Shown here: piece by piece, positions 1 to 10,612 of the stretch
Layout: each line of letters opens with the position of its first letter
How positions within the stretch are numbered: the stretch's first letter is position 1
Assembly (NCBI RefSeq): GCF_049075655.1
Contig: NZ_CP157522.1
Span: 1,024,001 to 1,088,000 of the forward strand
Source: Methanothermococcus sp. Ax23
Lineage (GTDB): Archaea > AGJL01 > Methanococci > Methanococcales > Methanococcaceae
Direction of reading: 5' to 3'
DNA: 64,000 nt
The notes under the pieces: model-generated
What the model saw: the letters and a program-made list of their open reading frames with translations, nothing else
Told to the model about the DNA's origin: nothing
The model's database searches: none
Made by a program: the position numbers and the translations under genes

Positions 1-44
1 ATTATAACACTTATCGTAATTATAACAACTCTAAAGGTGATGTC

Positions 45-1214
45 GTGAAAAAAATATTAACATTGATCTTAGGGCTGTGTCTAATAGTCCCTATAGTATC
101 TATGGCAGGATGCATAGGGGGAGCTCAGTCATCAACTACAACAGCCACTACTCAAGAAAAACCTTCAACAACTACCACTAATGAAAAACCATCTACCATA
201 ATACTTAGAACTACAGGGGCAACATTTCCAAAATATCAAATCCAAAAATGGATTAATGATTATCAAGAAACTCATCCAAATGTTAAGATTGAGTATGAAG
301 GTGGAGGAAGCGGACACGGACAAGAGGCATTTTTAAAAGGATTAACTGACATTGGAAGAACTGACCCTCCTGTTAAAGAAAGCATGTGGAATAAATTTTT
401 AGAAACAGGAGATCAACCATTGCAATTCCCAGAAATTGTTGGGGCAGTTGTTATAACCTATAACATCCCAGAAATTGGAGATAAGACTTTAAAATTAAGT
501 AGAGGTGTTTTGGCAGATATATTCTTAGGTAAGATTGAATATTGGGATGATGATAAAATCAAAAAGATAAATCCTGATGTTGCTGATAAATTACCACACA
601 AGAAGATTATCGTTGTTCATAGAAGCGATGCAAGTGGAACAACTGCTATATTCACAACATACTTAAGTTTAATTGGCAAGGAATGGGCAGATAAGGTTGG
701 AGCTGGAAAGATTGTAGATTGGCCAGTCGATAAAATGGGCAGAGGTGTTGCTGGAAAAGGTAATTCAGGCGTTGTAGCTACATTAAAATCAACACCGTAT
801 TCAATTGCATACACTGAATTATCTTACGCAATCGAAGAAAAACTTCCAGTAGCGGCACTGGAAAACAAAAATGGTAAATTTGTTAAGCCAACAGATGATG
901 CAATAAAAGCAGCGGTTTCAGCCGTTAAAGCAAATATTCCAAATCCAACAGAAGGTTACAAAGAAGATTTAAAACAAATGTTGGATGCTTCCGGAGACAA
1001 CGCTTATTCAATAGTTGCATTTACTCACATATTAGTTTGGGAAAACAAAAATGGTAAGCACTACTCTTCACAAAAAGCTAAAGCTATAAAAGATTTCTTA
1101 ACATGGGCATTAACTGAGGGACAGAAATCATCACACTTAGCTCCCGGTTATGTAGGATTACCTGAAGATGTTGCTAAGATTGGATTAGATTCTGTAAATA
1201 TGATCAAAGAATAA
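45..1214 (+). CDS. pstS: Phosphate ABC transporter substrate-binding lipoprotein
   Basis: Lipobox-like MAGC, GATFP, GGGSG.G, HRSDASGTT and GKGNSGV motifs; followed by pstCAB-phoU. Confidence 0.97.
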   Translation: MKKILTLILGLCLIVPIVSMAGCIGGAQSSTTTATTQEKPSTTTTNEKPSTIILRTTGATFPKYQIQKWINDYQETHPNVKIEYEGGGSGHGQEAFLKGLTDIGRTDPPVKESMWNKFLETGDQPLQFPEIVGAVVITYNIPEIGDKTLKLSRGVLADIFLGKIEYWDDDKIKKINPDVADKLPHKKIIVVHRSDASGTTAIFTTYLSLIGKEWADKVGAGKIVDWPVDKMGRGVAGKGNSGVVATLKSTPYSIAYTELSYAIEEKLPVAALENKNGKFVKPTDDAIKAAVSAVKANIPNPTEGYKEDLKQMLDASGDNAYSIVAFTHILVWENKNGKHYSSQKAKAIKDFLTWALTEGQKSSHLAPGYVGLPEDVAKIGLDSVNMIKE

Positions 1215-1369
1215 ATATTTATTTTTTTATTTTTATTTTAAGATTAAAGATTTCTGCTTATTAATTTTAAGGGGTTGCCAAATAATTAAATGTTATTGTA
1301 TGAAATATAATATTCACACCAGTAAACCTTAATATTCTATATTTGTAGTATAAAAATTTTACATTGTCA

Positions 1370-1407
1370 TTATCGCTTGGAATGATATTTATAGCTTGGA
1401 ATGATAT
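1370..1407. repeat. 19-bp tandem direct repeat (2 copies, TTAT[C/A]GCTTGGAATGATAT) in the pstS-pstC intergenic region
   Basis: Units 1370-1388 and 1389-1407 differ by 1 nt. Confidence 0.8.
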
Positions 1408-1540
1408 ATATAATCGACTGCAAAGAATTCGATTTTTCGGCAACCTCCCAATTTAAGTAAGGTATAAATACTACTTACACCTATTTGATCTAAAATTAAT
1501 TCACAATTGATGCAATAAAATACCGACCTGGGTAGAAACT

Positions 1541-2479
1541 ATGGATTTGAGAAAGATTCTAAAAAAGATAGATAAATTTAAAATAATAACCTTACCAGCC
1601 ATATTTATTGTGTTTATATTATTTATTTTAATATTGGGCTTTTATTTCTTTAATGCACTCCCGGCTATTGAGAAATATGGTATTAATTTATTTATAACAA
1701 ATGTTTGGCATGCCGCAGAAGAAGTATCGAATGAAGTCTATGGATTATCGGCACCAATTTGGGGGAGCATATACACAGCAACAATTGCTGTTTTGATAGC
1801 TTTGCCTTTATCTATATGCTATGCAATATTTGTCAATGACTATGCCCCTAAAAAACTAAAATATCCTTTAATTATAATTTCAGACATTATGGCAGGACTT
1901 CCAACGATAATTTATGGGATATGGGGAGCTTTTATATTGGTTCCTCTGTTGAGAGACCACATTATGAAGTTTTTATACGAATACTTTTCATTCATTCCTC
2001 TCTTTGATTATCCGCCATTATCTGGTTATTGTTATTTGTCAGCAGGTATCTTATTAGGGATAATGGTTACGCCATTTGCAGCGGCTATTATTAGAGAAGC
2101 TTATGCAATGATTCCCTCTGTTTATAAAGAGGGTTTAGTTGCATTAGGTGCAACAAAATATGAAGCAACAAAGGTTTTAATAAAATATATAAGACCAGCC
2201 ATAATTTCTGGGACCATATTAGCTTTTGGTAGGGCTTTAGGGGAGACAGTTGCTGTTTCACTGGTTATAGGAAACTCCTTCAACCTAACTTACAAGCTCT
2301 TTGCTCCCGGATATACAATCTCATCATTAATAGCAAATCAGTTTGGAAATGCAGTTTTGTATGAATACATGACTTCAGTTCTTTACTCTGCTGGTTTGGT
2401 GCTATTTGTTATAGGATTGATCGTTAATTTCATTGGAATTTATTATTTGAAGAGGTGGAGAGAGCATGTCTCCCATTAA
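1541..2479 (+). CDS. pstC: Phosphate ABC transporter permease PstC
   Basis: Hydrophobic; LPTIIYG.WG, EAA-like loop ALGATKYE, GRALGET. Confidence 0.96.
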   Translation: MDLRKILKKIDKFKIITLPAIFIVFILFILILGFYFFNALPAIEKYGINLFITNVWHAAEEVSNEVYGLSAPIWGSIYTATIAVLIALPLSICYAIFVNDYAPKKLKYPLIIISDIMAGLPTIIYGIWGAFILVPLLRDHIMKFLYEYFSFIPLFDYPPLSGYCYLSAGILLGIMVTPFAAAIIREAYAMIPSVYKEGLVALGATKYEATKVLIKYIRPAIISGTILAFGRALGETVAVSLVIGNSFNLTYKLFAPGYTISSLIANQFGNAVLYEYMTSVLYSAGLVLFVIGLIVNFIGIYYLKRWREHVSH

Positions 2480-3311
2480 ATATAAAACTATTAGAATGGT
2501 CAAAGATAAGATATTCCTGTTTATTGTTGGAGCATTAACATTATTGGCAATACTCCCTTTATTCCATATTATTATTTCAATTGTTGAGAAGGGACTGCCA
2601 ATAATAATGGAGCGGGGATTAACTTTCATAACTGGGACGTTGAGCGAGGGAGGTATAGGTCCAGCAATAGTGGGGACGCTGATGCTAACATTCTTGGCAA
2701 ATTTGATAGGCTTACCTTTGGCTTTCTTAGCTGGAGCTTATGCCTATGAATTCCCAAATAGCCTTATTGGAAGAACCACAAAAATGCTATTACAGATAAT
2801 GTTGGAATTTCCAACTATACTGGTCGGTACGTTTGTTATGGGAGTCTTGGTAGTTCCAATGGGAACTTTTTCAGCGTTAGCTGGGGCTTTGGCTTTGGCT
2901 TTAATATTAACTCCTTATGTTGCTGTATATACAGAAGAAGCTATGGCAGAAGTTCCAAAAATTTATAAAGAAGGAGGTTATGCCTTAGGATGCACAAGGG
3001 CACAGGTTATATTTAAAGTCGTCACAAAGATGGCTAAAAAAGGAATCTTGACAGGAATTTTAATAGGCATGGCTAAAGTTGCAGGGGAAACAGCCCCTCT
3101 GCTATTTACTGCGGGTGGACTTTATGAGGTTTATCCAACAAACCCATTAGAGCCTGTTGGAGCAATCCCCCTCCTTATCTATACATTAGTTCAAAGCCCT
3201 TCGATAGAAGATCATCAGATGGCATGGGGGGCTGCCTTAGTCATGCTCATAATATTTTTGGCGATATTTGTTCCAATAAGATATGCGTTAAAAGATGACA
3301 TAAAGCTATAA
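2466..3311 (+). CDS. pstA: Phosphate ABC transporter permease PstA
   Basis: GGIGPAIVGT, AKVAGETAPLLFT; overlaps pstC end. Confidence 0.96.
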   Translation: MSPIKYKTIRMVKDKIFLFIVGALTLLAILPLFHIIISIVEKGLPIIMERGLTFITGTLSEGGIGPAIVGTLMLTFLANLIGLPLAFLAGAYAYEFPNSLIGRTTKMLLQIMLEFPTILVGTFVMGVLVVPMGTFSALAGALALALILTPYVAVYTEEAMAEVPKIYKEGGYALGCTRAQVIFKVVTKMAKKGILTGILIGMAKVAGETAPLLFTAGGLYEVYPTNPLEPVGAIPLLIYTLVQSPSIEDHQMAWGAALVMLIIFLAIFVPIRYALKDDIKL

Positions 3312-3332
3312 AACTCTAAAAAAGTGATAGGG

Positions 3333-4091
3333 ATGGCAAATATAAAGATGGAAACAAAAAACTTAAATTTATGGTATGGAGAGAAACAGGCGTTATTTGA
3401 CATAAACTTCCCAATCTATGAGAATAAAATCACCGCTTTAATAGGACCGAGTGGATGTGGTAAATCAACATTTTTAAGATGCTTAAATAGGCTAAATGAT
3501 TTAATTCCTAATGTTAAAATAGAGGGAGAGGTTTTATTGGATGGAAAAAATATCTATGATAAAGATGTCGATGTTTATGAGTTGAGAAAGAGATTAGGGA
3601 TGGCATTTCAAAAACCAAATCCTTTTGCCATGAGTATTTATGATAATATTGCATTTGGTCCAAGAATTCATGGAATTAGAGATAAAAAAGAATTAGATAA
3701 GATAGTTGAATGGGCTTTAAAAAAAGCTGCATTATGGAATGAGGTTAAGGATGAGCTGCATAAAAATGCCCTATCATTATCAGGAGGGCAGCAGCAAAGG
3801 TTGTGCATCGCAAGAGCTATAGCAGTTAAGCCAGATGTTTTATTAATGGATGAACCAACCTCTGCGTTAGACCCCATCTCTACATTAAAGATAGAGGAGT
3901 TGATGGTTGAGTTAGCTAAGGATTATACTATTGTTGTTGTCACTCACAACATGCAGCAAGCAAGTAGGATTTCAGACTACACAGGATTCTTTTTAATGGG
4001 GGAACTTGTGGAATTTGATAAAACAGAAAAGATATTCCTTGAACCATCTAAAAAGGAAACTGAGGACTATATAAGCGGCAGATTTGGATAA
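3333..4091 (+). CDS. pstB: Phosphate ABC transporter ATP-binding protein
   Basis: Walker [36 protein letters not shown]-terminal YISGRFG; ATG 3333 chosen over upstream GTG. Confidence 0.97.
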   Translation: MANIKMETKNLNLWYGEKQALFDINFPIYENKITALIGPSGCGKSTFLRCLNRLNDLIPNVKIEGEVLLDGKNIYDKDVDVYELRKRLGMAFQKPNPFAMSIYDNIAFGPRIHGIRDKKELDKIVEWALKKAALWNEVKDELHKNALSLSGGQQQRLCIARAIAVKPDVLLMDEPTSALDPISTLKIEELMVELAKDYTIVVVTHNMQQASRISDYTGFFLMGELVEFDKTEKIFLEPSKKETEDYISGRFG

Positions 4092-4119
4092 TTATAATTA
4101 TATTATTTATGGTGGTATT

Positions 4120-4794
4120 ATGGCAAGAGAATTATTATATTCTAAAATTGAAGAAGTAGAAAATGATGTTGTAGATATGGGAAATATGTGTATTGATTCA
4201 TTGAAAAAAGCAGTAGATGCATTTTTAAATTATGATAAAAAACTTGCAAAAGAAATAAGGGAAAATGACAATTTAATCGACTTGAAAGAGATGGAAATCG
4301 AAGAAAAATGTGTTTCCATCATAGCACTTCAACAGCCCGTAGCGTCAGATTTAAGGACGATATTGACAGTTATTAAAATCATATCAAAACTGGAAAAAAT
4401 AGGGGACAATGCTTCAAAAATTGCAAAGATAGTTTTAAAATCTGAATTAAATATGAAAAGGGAAAACGAAATAATTAATGTTATGCTCGAATATCTTGAA
4501 AAAATGTTAAAGGATGCATTGACAGCATTTAGGACTGGAAATGAGGAGCTCGCCAGGGATGTTTATAGTAGGGATAAAAAAATAGATAAACTCTATGAAC
4601 AATTATACCGGGAAATGATTAGTTATATAATTGAAAATCCAAAAAACACCACAATGGCAACAGAAACAATATTCGTGGCAAAGTATTTAGAAAGAAGTGG
4701 GAACTTAGTAGCTTCAATTGGGGATAGGGTAGTTTATATGATAACAGGAGAAAGAATAAAAGAAGAAGAATTTGACTATAAACATTTTAAATAA
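4120..4794 (+). CDS. phoU: Phosphate signalling protein PhoU
   Basis: [17 protein letters not shown] and LERSG repeats; RBS GGTGG before ATG 4120. Confidence 0.95.
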   Translation: MARELLYSKIEEVENDVVDMGNMCIDSLKKAVDAFLNYDKKLAKEIRENDNLIDLKEMEIEEKCVSIIALQQPVASDLRTILTVIKIISKLEKIGDNASKIAKIVLKSELNMKRENEIINVMLEYLEKMLKDALTAFRTGNEELARDVYSRDKKIDKLYEQLYREMISYIIENPKNTTMATETIFVAKYLERSGNLVASIGDRVVYMITGERIKEEEFDYKHFK

Positions 4795-4808
4795 AAATAA
4801 TACAATAA

Positions 4809-6329
4809 TTAATATTTTTTAGAATAAAATATATCATTATTTTTTTTTCTTTTTTTCCATTCCTCAATAGGTATTGAATATTTATCTTCCAATTCTTGCC
4901 TATATATCGTGTTGTAAGTGCAGAATGGTATTATCTTGTTATCTGGCAATGCGTAATGTATAACACACCTTTGGACCCTTTTAGCATCAAAATTATATGG
5001 GTCCATAAAATGCATGCATCCAATTAAAATTGTATTAAAATGGAATTTCGAAAGGGCATTGTAATCTCCCTTTAATATTTTTATTAAAGTTTCCGTAAAT
5101 TTTACATTTGATGGCGTTTTTGAAGAATCCACTAAATTAGGCAGTTCTTTTGTGATTTTTAAAAGTATTTTTCCTTTTTCTATTCTGGATAATTCATTAG
5201 ATTTATTCTGATGGTCATCATAAACCTCTTTAAGAAGTTCTATAAAACCTTCAACGTCAAAGAATCTTGTTATAGGTATGAGCTCATCATTTTCTACAAA
5301 TACATAGGTTGCAGCTCCACAGTGTTGGTGAGCTCCTAATTTTACTACCTGTCTATTTTCCCAGAGCTCGACAAATAATGATATTGGCACCACAAATGGC
5401 ACAGGATAAAAATCCTCTCTTAGAATTTCTCCGTTCGTCTGTTCCTCTACAAGTTTGATAAAATCTGGAATGGTTATTCTTTGTTCCAATCTTTTATTTT
5501 CATCAATTCTTCCTGTGAATGAAACCGGTTGAACATTTACATTTCTGACAACATCTCTGTTTTTAGCGGCGAATCTTATAATATTCCCAATCTGGTCATC
5601 ATTAATCCCTTTTACAAGTGTTGGAACTAAAACAACACTATTAAAATTGGCTTTTCTACAATTTTCTATAACCTTTAATTTCAGTGGTAGCAGATTTTTA
5701 TTCCTTGCAATCAAATAGGGTTTTTCCGTCAAACCATCAAATTGTAAATAAATTGTGGATAATCCAGCTTCTTTTAATTTTTTAATATATGCGATATTCT
5801 TTAATTTTATGCCATTGGTGGCAACTTGGACATGGGTGAATCCAAGGTCCTTAGCTATTTTTATTAATTCTGGTAAATCATCTCTAACTGTTGGTTCTCC
5901 ACCGGCGAATTGTATTGCAGGGCAGGGGACCTCCTCGCTTCTCAAATTAATCATCATCTTTTTTATCTCTTCAATGGATGGTTCGTATATTTTTTTAGTT
6001 CTGTTTGCATTTGCAAAACATATGGGGCAGTTTAAATTACATCTATTTGTTACGTCTAAATTTGCAAGTATGGTTGTAGATTTGTGATTTGGGCATAATC
6101 CACAGTCAAAAGGACATCCCTCTTTAACCTCAGTATTTGGGTTTTTTATCCCATTTCCAATATATTCATACTTATTATATTTTTTATACAATTCACTATC
6201 ATTCCAATAAATATCTCTAAATTTCCCATGTTCTGGACACTCCTTTTCTATTATTATCTTATTATCCTCTTCAAATACCTCCGCATTTATTTTCTTTAAA
6301 CATGCGGGACATAAAGATATGGTTTTCAA
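4809..6329 (-). CDS. tes: Radical SAM tetraether lipid synthase (Tes/GDGT-MAS, MJ0619 family)
   Basis: N-terminal rubredoxin-like CPAC..CPEHG, CPFDCGLC, radical SAM CNLNCPIC, C-terminal MHFMDPYNFD..RC.IHY...PFC; TTG start after GGTGA. Confidence 0.9.
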   Translation of the reverse strand: MKTISLCPACLKKINAEVFEEDNKIIIEKECPEHGKFRDIYWNDSELYKKYNKYEYIGNGIKNPNTEVKEGCPFDCGLCPNHKSTTILANLDVTNRCNLNCPICFANANRTKKIYEPSIEEIKKMMINLRSEEVPCPAIQFAGGEPTVRDDLPELIKIAKDLGFTHVQVATNGIKLKNIAYIKKLKEAGLSTIYLQFDGLTEKPYLIARNKNLLPLKLKVIENCRKANFNSVVLVPTLVKGINDDQIGNIIRFAAKNRDVVRNVNVQPVSFTGRIDENKRLEQRITIPDFIKLVEEQTNGEILREDFYPVPFVVPISLFVELWENRQVVKLGAHQHCGAATYVFVENDELIPITRFFDVEGFIELLKEVYDDHQNKSNELSRIEKGKILLKITKELPNLVDSSKTPSNVKFTETLIKILKGDYNALSKFHFNTILIGCMHFMDPYNFDAKRVQRCVIHYALPDNKIIPFCTYNTIYRQELEDKYSIPIEEWKKRKKNNDIFYSKKY

Positions 6330-6406
6330 AATAATCACCCCACCATATAATTAAAATACTGAAATAATTATTACACACTAATGATTATCACATATATATT
6401 TATAAC

Positions 6407-6491
6407 ATGTGAATAATTTATTCACATATTAAGATAGTAACCATGATAATATTATATAATAATTTCTAAAATGTGCATAAATTACGCACAT
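6407..6491. promoter_or_regulatory. Two related 21-bp palindromes ATGTG-N11-CACAT upstream of tes (candidate operators)
   Basis: 6407-6427 ATGTGAATAATTTATTCACAT (perfect) and 6471-6491 ATGTGCATAAATTACGCACAT; TATA-like sequence at ~6392-6404. Confidence 0.5.
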
Positions 6492-6515
6492 GTCATTGTA
6501 GTATTTTAATAATAT

Positions 6516-7076
6516 TTAATCATTTCGCTCATCAATATCGTCATTGACAACTATTTTAACCGGTAAGAACGGTATCTTAATTTCTTTCTTTTTAATTTTT
6601 TTATCGAGCATTATTACTTCGTTTAATTTATTTTGGAGTCCTTTTGATAATTTTTTTACGAGCTCAGATGGAGACACCGCTGAGTAAATATAAGGTTTTT
6701 TACCCAACCCCTCTTTATCCAACTTTTCTCTGACTACAATTCCGCTTTTATACATTTCTAAAATTACCTCCCTAATAGTGGAAGGATATATTCCAGTTCC
6801 ATGGGCTATTTCATCCACTGTGCTTTTTCCATATTTTCTGAGGTAAATATATATCTTAGCCTTTACCTCACTTGATAAAAGGTTTGCTAAATTATCTATT
6901 AATGATTTGTCTATGTTTTCAATGGTTTTTTTGATTACAATTGATTTATTTTTTTCCTTGTTTTTGACCTTTTCTAAAATTTCTTTTACCTCATCTTCCA
7001 TATTTTTTTCTTCATTTTCTGGATTTTTCATATTTAAGTTATTTTCATTTGTATTAATTTCATTTTTATCGCACAT
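6516..7076 (-). CDS. Winged-HTH transcriptional regulator (TrmB/ArsR-like)
   Basis: KIYIYLRKYGKSTVDEIAHGTGIYPSTIRE...G.GKKPYIY winged-helix pattern. Confidence 0.85.
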   Translation of the reverse strand: MCDKNEINTNENNLNMKNPENEEKNMEDEVKEILEKVKNKEKNKSIVIKKTIENIDKSLIDNLANLLSSEVKAKIYIYLRKYGKSTVDEIAHGTGIYPSTIREVILEMYKSGIVVREKLDKEGLGKKPYIYSAVSPSELVKKLSKGLQNKLNEVIMLDKKIKKKEIKIPFLPVKIVVNDDIDERND

Positions 7077-7329
7077 ACCACCACCTCATGAAATACATAA
7101 TGTCCTTATCCATAGGTCATAATATAATTTTTATAATATATAAATATGTCCTATTATATTATAAAAGCAATAATAATTTAGAAAAATTTAAATATTAATA
7201 AATTTGAATAGTTAATTTGAATGGTTAAAATATTTAAAAAATATAATGTAAATTTATAAAATAGGGAAAACCTTCGGTTTTCTAAATTGGAGATTTTTAA
7301 TCTCTCACTACATTCAAGATGGTGAAAAT

Positions 7330-8568
7330 ATGGTTGAATTGCTGGCACCTGCACGGGATTTAACATGCTTAAAAACTGCCATTAATTATGGTGCAGATGC
7401 AGTTTATTGTGGTTTAAAAGAGTTAAACATGAGATTTACAGTTAAAAATTTTAACAGGGATGAATTAAAGGAAGGAATAAAATTTGCACACGAAAATAAC
7501 AAAAAAGTCTATTTATGCACAAATACCGTTGTTTATGAAAATGATTTGAAGAAATTAAATGATATTTTTGATTTTGCCAATTGTTCCGAAGTTGATGCAG
7601 TAATAGTCAGCGATTTGGGAGCAATGGAACTAGCAAAAGAGTATGGCCTTAGAATCCATGCAAGTGTTCAAACAAATATCACCAATTCATTAACTGCTAA
7701 ATTTTATTCAAAATTTGCAAAAAGGGTAATTTTATCGAGGGAATTAACCTTGAACCAGATAAAAGATATTAGAAACAATTTAAAAAATGATAATGATAAT
7801 GGCAAATATAACAATAGTTATTATAATTTAGAGCTCGAAGGATTTATACACGGAGCTCTCTGTGTGGCAATAAGTGGAAGATGTTTTTTAAGTTCATACT
7901 TATTTAATAAAAATGCAAACTGCGGGGACTGTCTTCAACCATGTAGAAGAAAGTGGAAATTAATAAATGAACATGTTGATGGCACACATGAGATAGTTTG
8001 TGAGGGAAAATACCTTCTTTCTCCAAAGGATATATGTATGATTGAACATGTGCCTGAGCTCATGGAGGTTTTAGATAGTTTTAAAATAGAAGGTAGGGCA
8101 AAAAATGCCGACTATGTAATGAGAACGGTTAAAACCTATCGAGAAGCTATTGATTCTGTGATTGATGGGACATATATTGAAAAAATTCCATACTTTAAGA
8201 AGGAGCTCCAAAAAGTGTATAATCGAGAATACGACACAGGGTTTTATTTTAGAGATTTAACTAATAACCACGATTTTCAGCATGAAATAGAAGGGAATGC
8301 TTCACCATATAGAAAGATAGAAGTTGGAACTGTTGTTAATTTCTATAAAAAAGTTGGAGTTGCAGAGATAAAGCTTATAGGTGATTTAAAAGTAGGGGAC
8401 GAAATATTGATTATAGGCAATAAAACAGGATGCATAGAGGAAAAAATAAATTCCATCCAAATAAACCACAAAACCGTGAATATTGGAAAAAAAGGGGAGA
8501 ATATCGGAGTAAAGTTAAACAATATTGTGAGGGAGAATGATAAAGTTTTCAAATTGATTAGAAATTAG
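7330..8568 (+). CDS. Peptidase U32 family protein (probable Fe-S/prephenate-dependent RNA hydroxylase)
   Basis: ELLAPA, GADAVY.G, HGALCVAISGRC, CLQPCR, SFKIEGR. Confidence 0.92.
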   Translation: MVELLAPARDLTCLKTAINYGADAVYCGLKELNMRFTVKNFNRDELKEGIKFAHENNKKVYLCTNTVVYENDLKKLNDIFDFANCSEVDAVIVSDLGAMELAKEYGLRIHASVQTNITNSLTAKFYSKFAKRVILSRELTLNQIKDIRNNLKNDNDNGKYNNSYYNLELEGFIHGALCVAISGRCFLSSYLFNKNANCGDCLQPCRRKWKLINEHVDGTHEIVCEGKYLLSPKDICMIEHVPELMEVLDSFKIEGRAKNADYVMRTVKTYREAIDSVIDGTYIEKIPYFKKELQKVYNREYDTGFYFRDLTNNHDFQHEIEGNASPYRKIEVGTVVNFYKKVGVAEIKLIGDLKVGDEILIIGNKTGCIEEKINSIQINHKTVNIGKKGENIGVKLNNIVRENDKVFKLIRN

Positions 8569-8665
8569 TTTTTTAAACATCATTAACATTATTAAGAACT
8601 TTTTTATATTATAAATATATATTATTGAAAAAATAAACTTTATAAAATTTCATTTTTGTGATACC

Positions 8666-9607
8666 ATGGATAATGAAAAAATGATTCATAAAAATCAAAA
8701 ACCTTTAACACCAGACGAAAAGAAAATGATGTCTAAATTTGCACATATAACAAAGGTTCATCCCTGCTATAATGAAAAATTACATGATAAAATAGGAAGG
8801 GTGCATTTACCAGTAGCACCAAAATGTAATATAGCATGTAAATTTTGTAAAAGAAGTGTAGGGCAGGAATCATGCTGTGAAGATAGGCCAGCTGTGGCAC
8901 ACCACATAATGAAACCAGAAGAGGTTGAGGATTATTTAAAAGATTTAATTAAAAAGATGCCAAATCTTAAAGTTGTAGGAATAGCAGGTCCGGGGGATAG
9001 TTTATTCAATAAAGAAACATTTGAAACATTGGAAATAATCGATGAAAAATTCCCTGATTTAGTAAAGTGTTTATCAACCAATGGTCTTTTACTCCCAAAA
9101 TATGCAAAAAAACTTGCTGATTTAAATGTAAAAACCCTGACTGTGACTGTTAATGCAGTTAAACCTGAAATACTTAAAAATATTGTAGATTGGGTTTATT
9201 ACGAAGGTAAAGTCCATAGGGGAGAAGAAGGAGCCAATATATTAATTAAAAATCAAATTGAAGGTGTTAAGAAGGCACATGATTTAGGCATAATTATAAA
9301 AATAAATAGTGTATTAATACCTGAGATAAATATGGAACATATTGTTGAAATTGCAAAAACCTTCAAAGACACGGCATATCTCCAAAATATCATCCCACTT
9401 ATTCCTATGTATAAAATGGAAAATCTTAGAAGACCTACCTGTGATGAAATTAGCAGAGTTAGGGATGAATGTGAAGAATATTTACAGCAGTTTAGGGCAT
9501 GTCAGCAGTGTAGGGCAGATGCAGCAGGATTGTTGTCAGAGAAAAAACATTTAGAAGGTAAAGGAAAAGAATTAAATATATTCGATTTGAAACATTTTTC
9601 ACATTAA
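8666..9607 (+). CDS. nifB: FeMo-cofactor biosynthesis radical SAM protein NifB (single-domain)
   Basis: HPC, RVHLPVAPKCNIACKFC, EDRPA, IAGPGD, CQQCRADA. Confidence 0.93.
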   Translation: MDNEKMIHKNQKPLTPDEKKMMSKFAHITKVHPCYNEKLHDKIGRVHLPVAPKCNIACKFCKRSVGQESCCEDRPAVAHHIMKPEEVEDYLKDLIKKMPNLKVVGIAGPGDSLFNKETFETLEIIDEKFPDLVKCLSTNGLLLPKYAKKLADLNVKTLTVTVNAVKPEILKNIVDWVYYEGKVHRGEEGANILIKNQIEGVKKAHDLGIIIKINSVLIPEINMEHIVEIAKTFKDTAYLQNIIPLIPMYKMENLRRPTCDEISRVRDECEEYLQQFRACQQCRADAAGLLSEKKHLEGKGKELNIFDLKHFSH

Positions 9608-9646
9608 AAATATTTCACTAAATCATTAAAATACGGTGGTGTTAAT

Positions 9647-9919
9647 ATGGAAAGAGCAGTTATAACAGTTACTGGAAAAGATAGAACAGGAATTGTAGCA
9701 AAAATAGCAAATGCACTTGCAAAAAGTGATGTAAATATTTTAGATATAAGACAATCCATTATGGATGATTTATTTACAATGATTATGCTCGTAGATATTT
9801 CGAAATCAAAAAAGGATTTTGAGGCATTAGGGCAAGAATTGGAAAATATTGGAGAAGAGATTGGTGTTAAAGTAATAATTCAACACGAAGATATATTTAA
9901 ATACATGCACAGAATTTAA
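9647..9919 (+). CDS. ACT-domain protein (UPF0237)
   Basis: VITVTGKDRTGIVA...NILDIRQ...IFKYMHRI. Confidence 0.92.
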   Translation: MERAVITVTGKDRTGIVAKIANALAKSDVNILDIRQSIMDDLFTMIMLVDISKSKKDFEALGQELENIGEEIGVKVIIQHEDIFKYMHRI

Positions 9920-9947
9920 TCAATATTATTAAATATTTATTATATTT

Positions 9948-10499
9948 TTAATTATTTTTTTCTAAATCTTCTTTTAATTCCAAAGCTTTTTTAATCCATT
10001 CTTCTGTAAATGGTTTTTCTGATGCTAACATAACCATGCTTTTTCCATAGAAGGTTTTTCTGACTCTCATGCCTTCGGGAAATACCCTGTTCATAAAATC
10101 AAGAACCTTTAATTTAAAATCATCTTTTGCATCATACACTATCATATCCATATCTATTGGAGAATCGGTTATTAATTCAAATCTTGAAGGCTGGTCAATA
10201 ATATTTATTATTTCAAATAGCTGTGGGGCATAGGTTTCGTCCTCTATTTTTAATTTGGTAATCGTTTTACCATCCTCTGTTTTTGTTTCCTCTATGGTCA
10301 CAAAATCCCTTAATTTTATAGGTTTTGATGTGGATTTTGGAAGAACGCCAATAATAAAAAACGGTTCTTTCTCTCTGCAAATCATTCTCACTTCAATTAA
10401 TGATTTTCCAAGTATTAAATCTTCAAGAGAGGTTTGAATAATTTTGTTGTATATATTTTTTCCAGCTTCATCTTCACAATCAATATATATCTTAGCCAT
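9948..10499 (-). CDS. Methanogenesis marker protein 17
   Basis: EPFFII, DETYAP, RVFPEGMRVR, ASE motifs recognised from the family. Confidence 0.8.
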   Translation of the reverse strand: MAKIYIDCEDEAGKNIYNKIIQTSLEDLILGKSLIEVRMICREKEPFFIIGVLPKSTSKPIKLRDFVTIEETKTEDGKTITKLKIEDETYAPQLFEIINIIDQPSRFELITDSPIDMDMIVYDAKDDFKLKVLDFMNRVFPEGMRVRKTFYGKSMVMLASEKPFTEEWIKKALELKEDLEKNN

Positions 10500-10612
10500 G
10501 TTATCCCTCCAGTTTTAATAATTTATTATTATTAAAAATATTTAAAAGTTCCTTTAATATAATTAAATATATGGATGGATTTTGGTTTAAAAAATAAAAT
10601 TTTTTAAAATAA

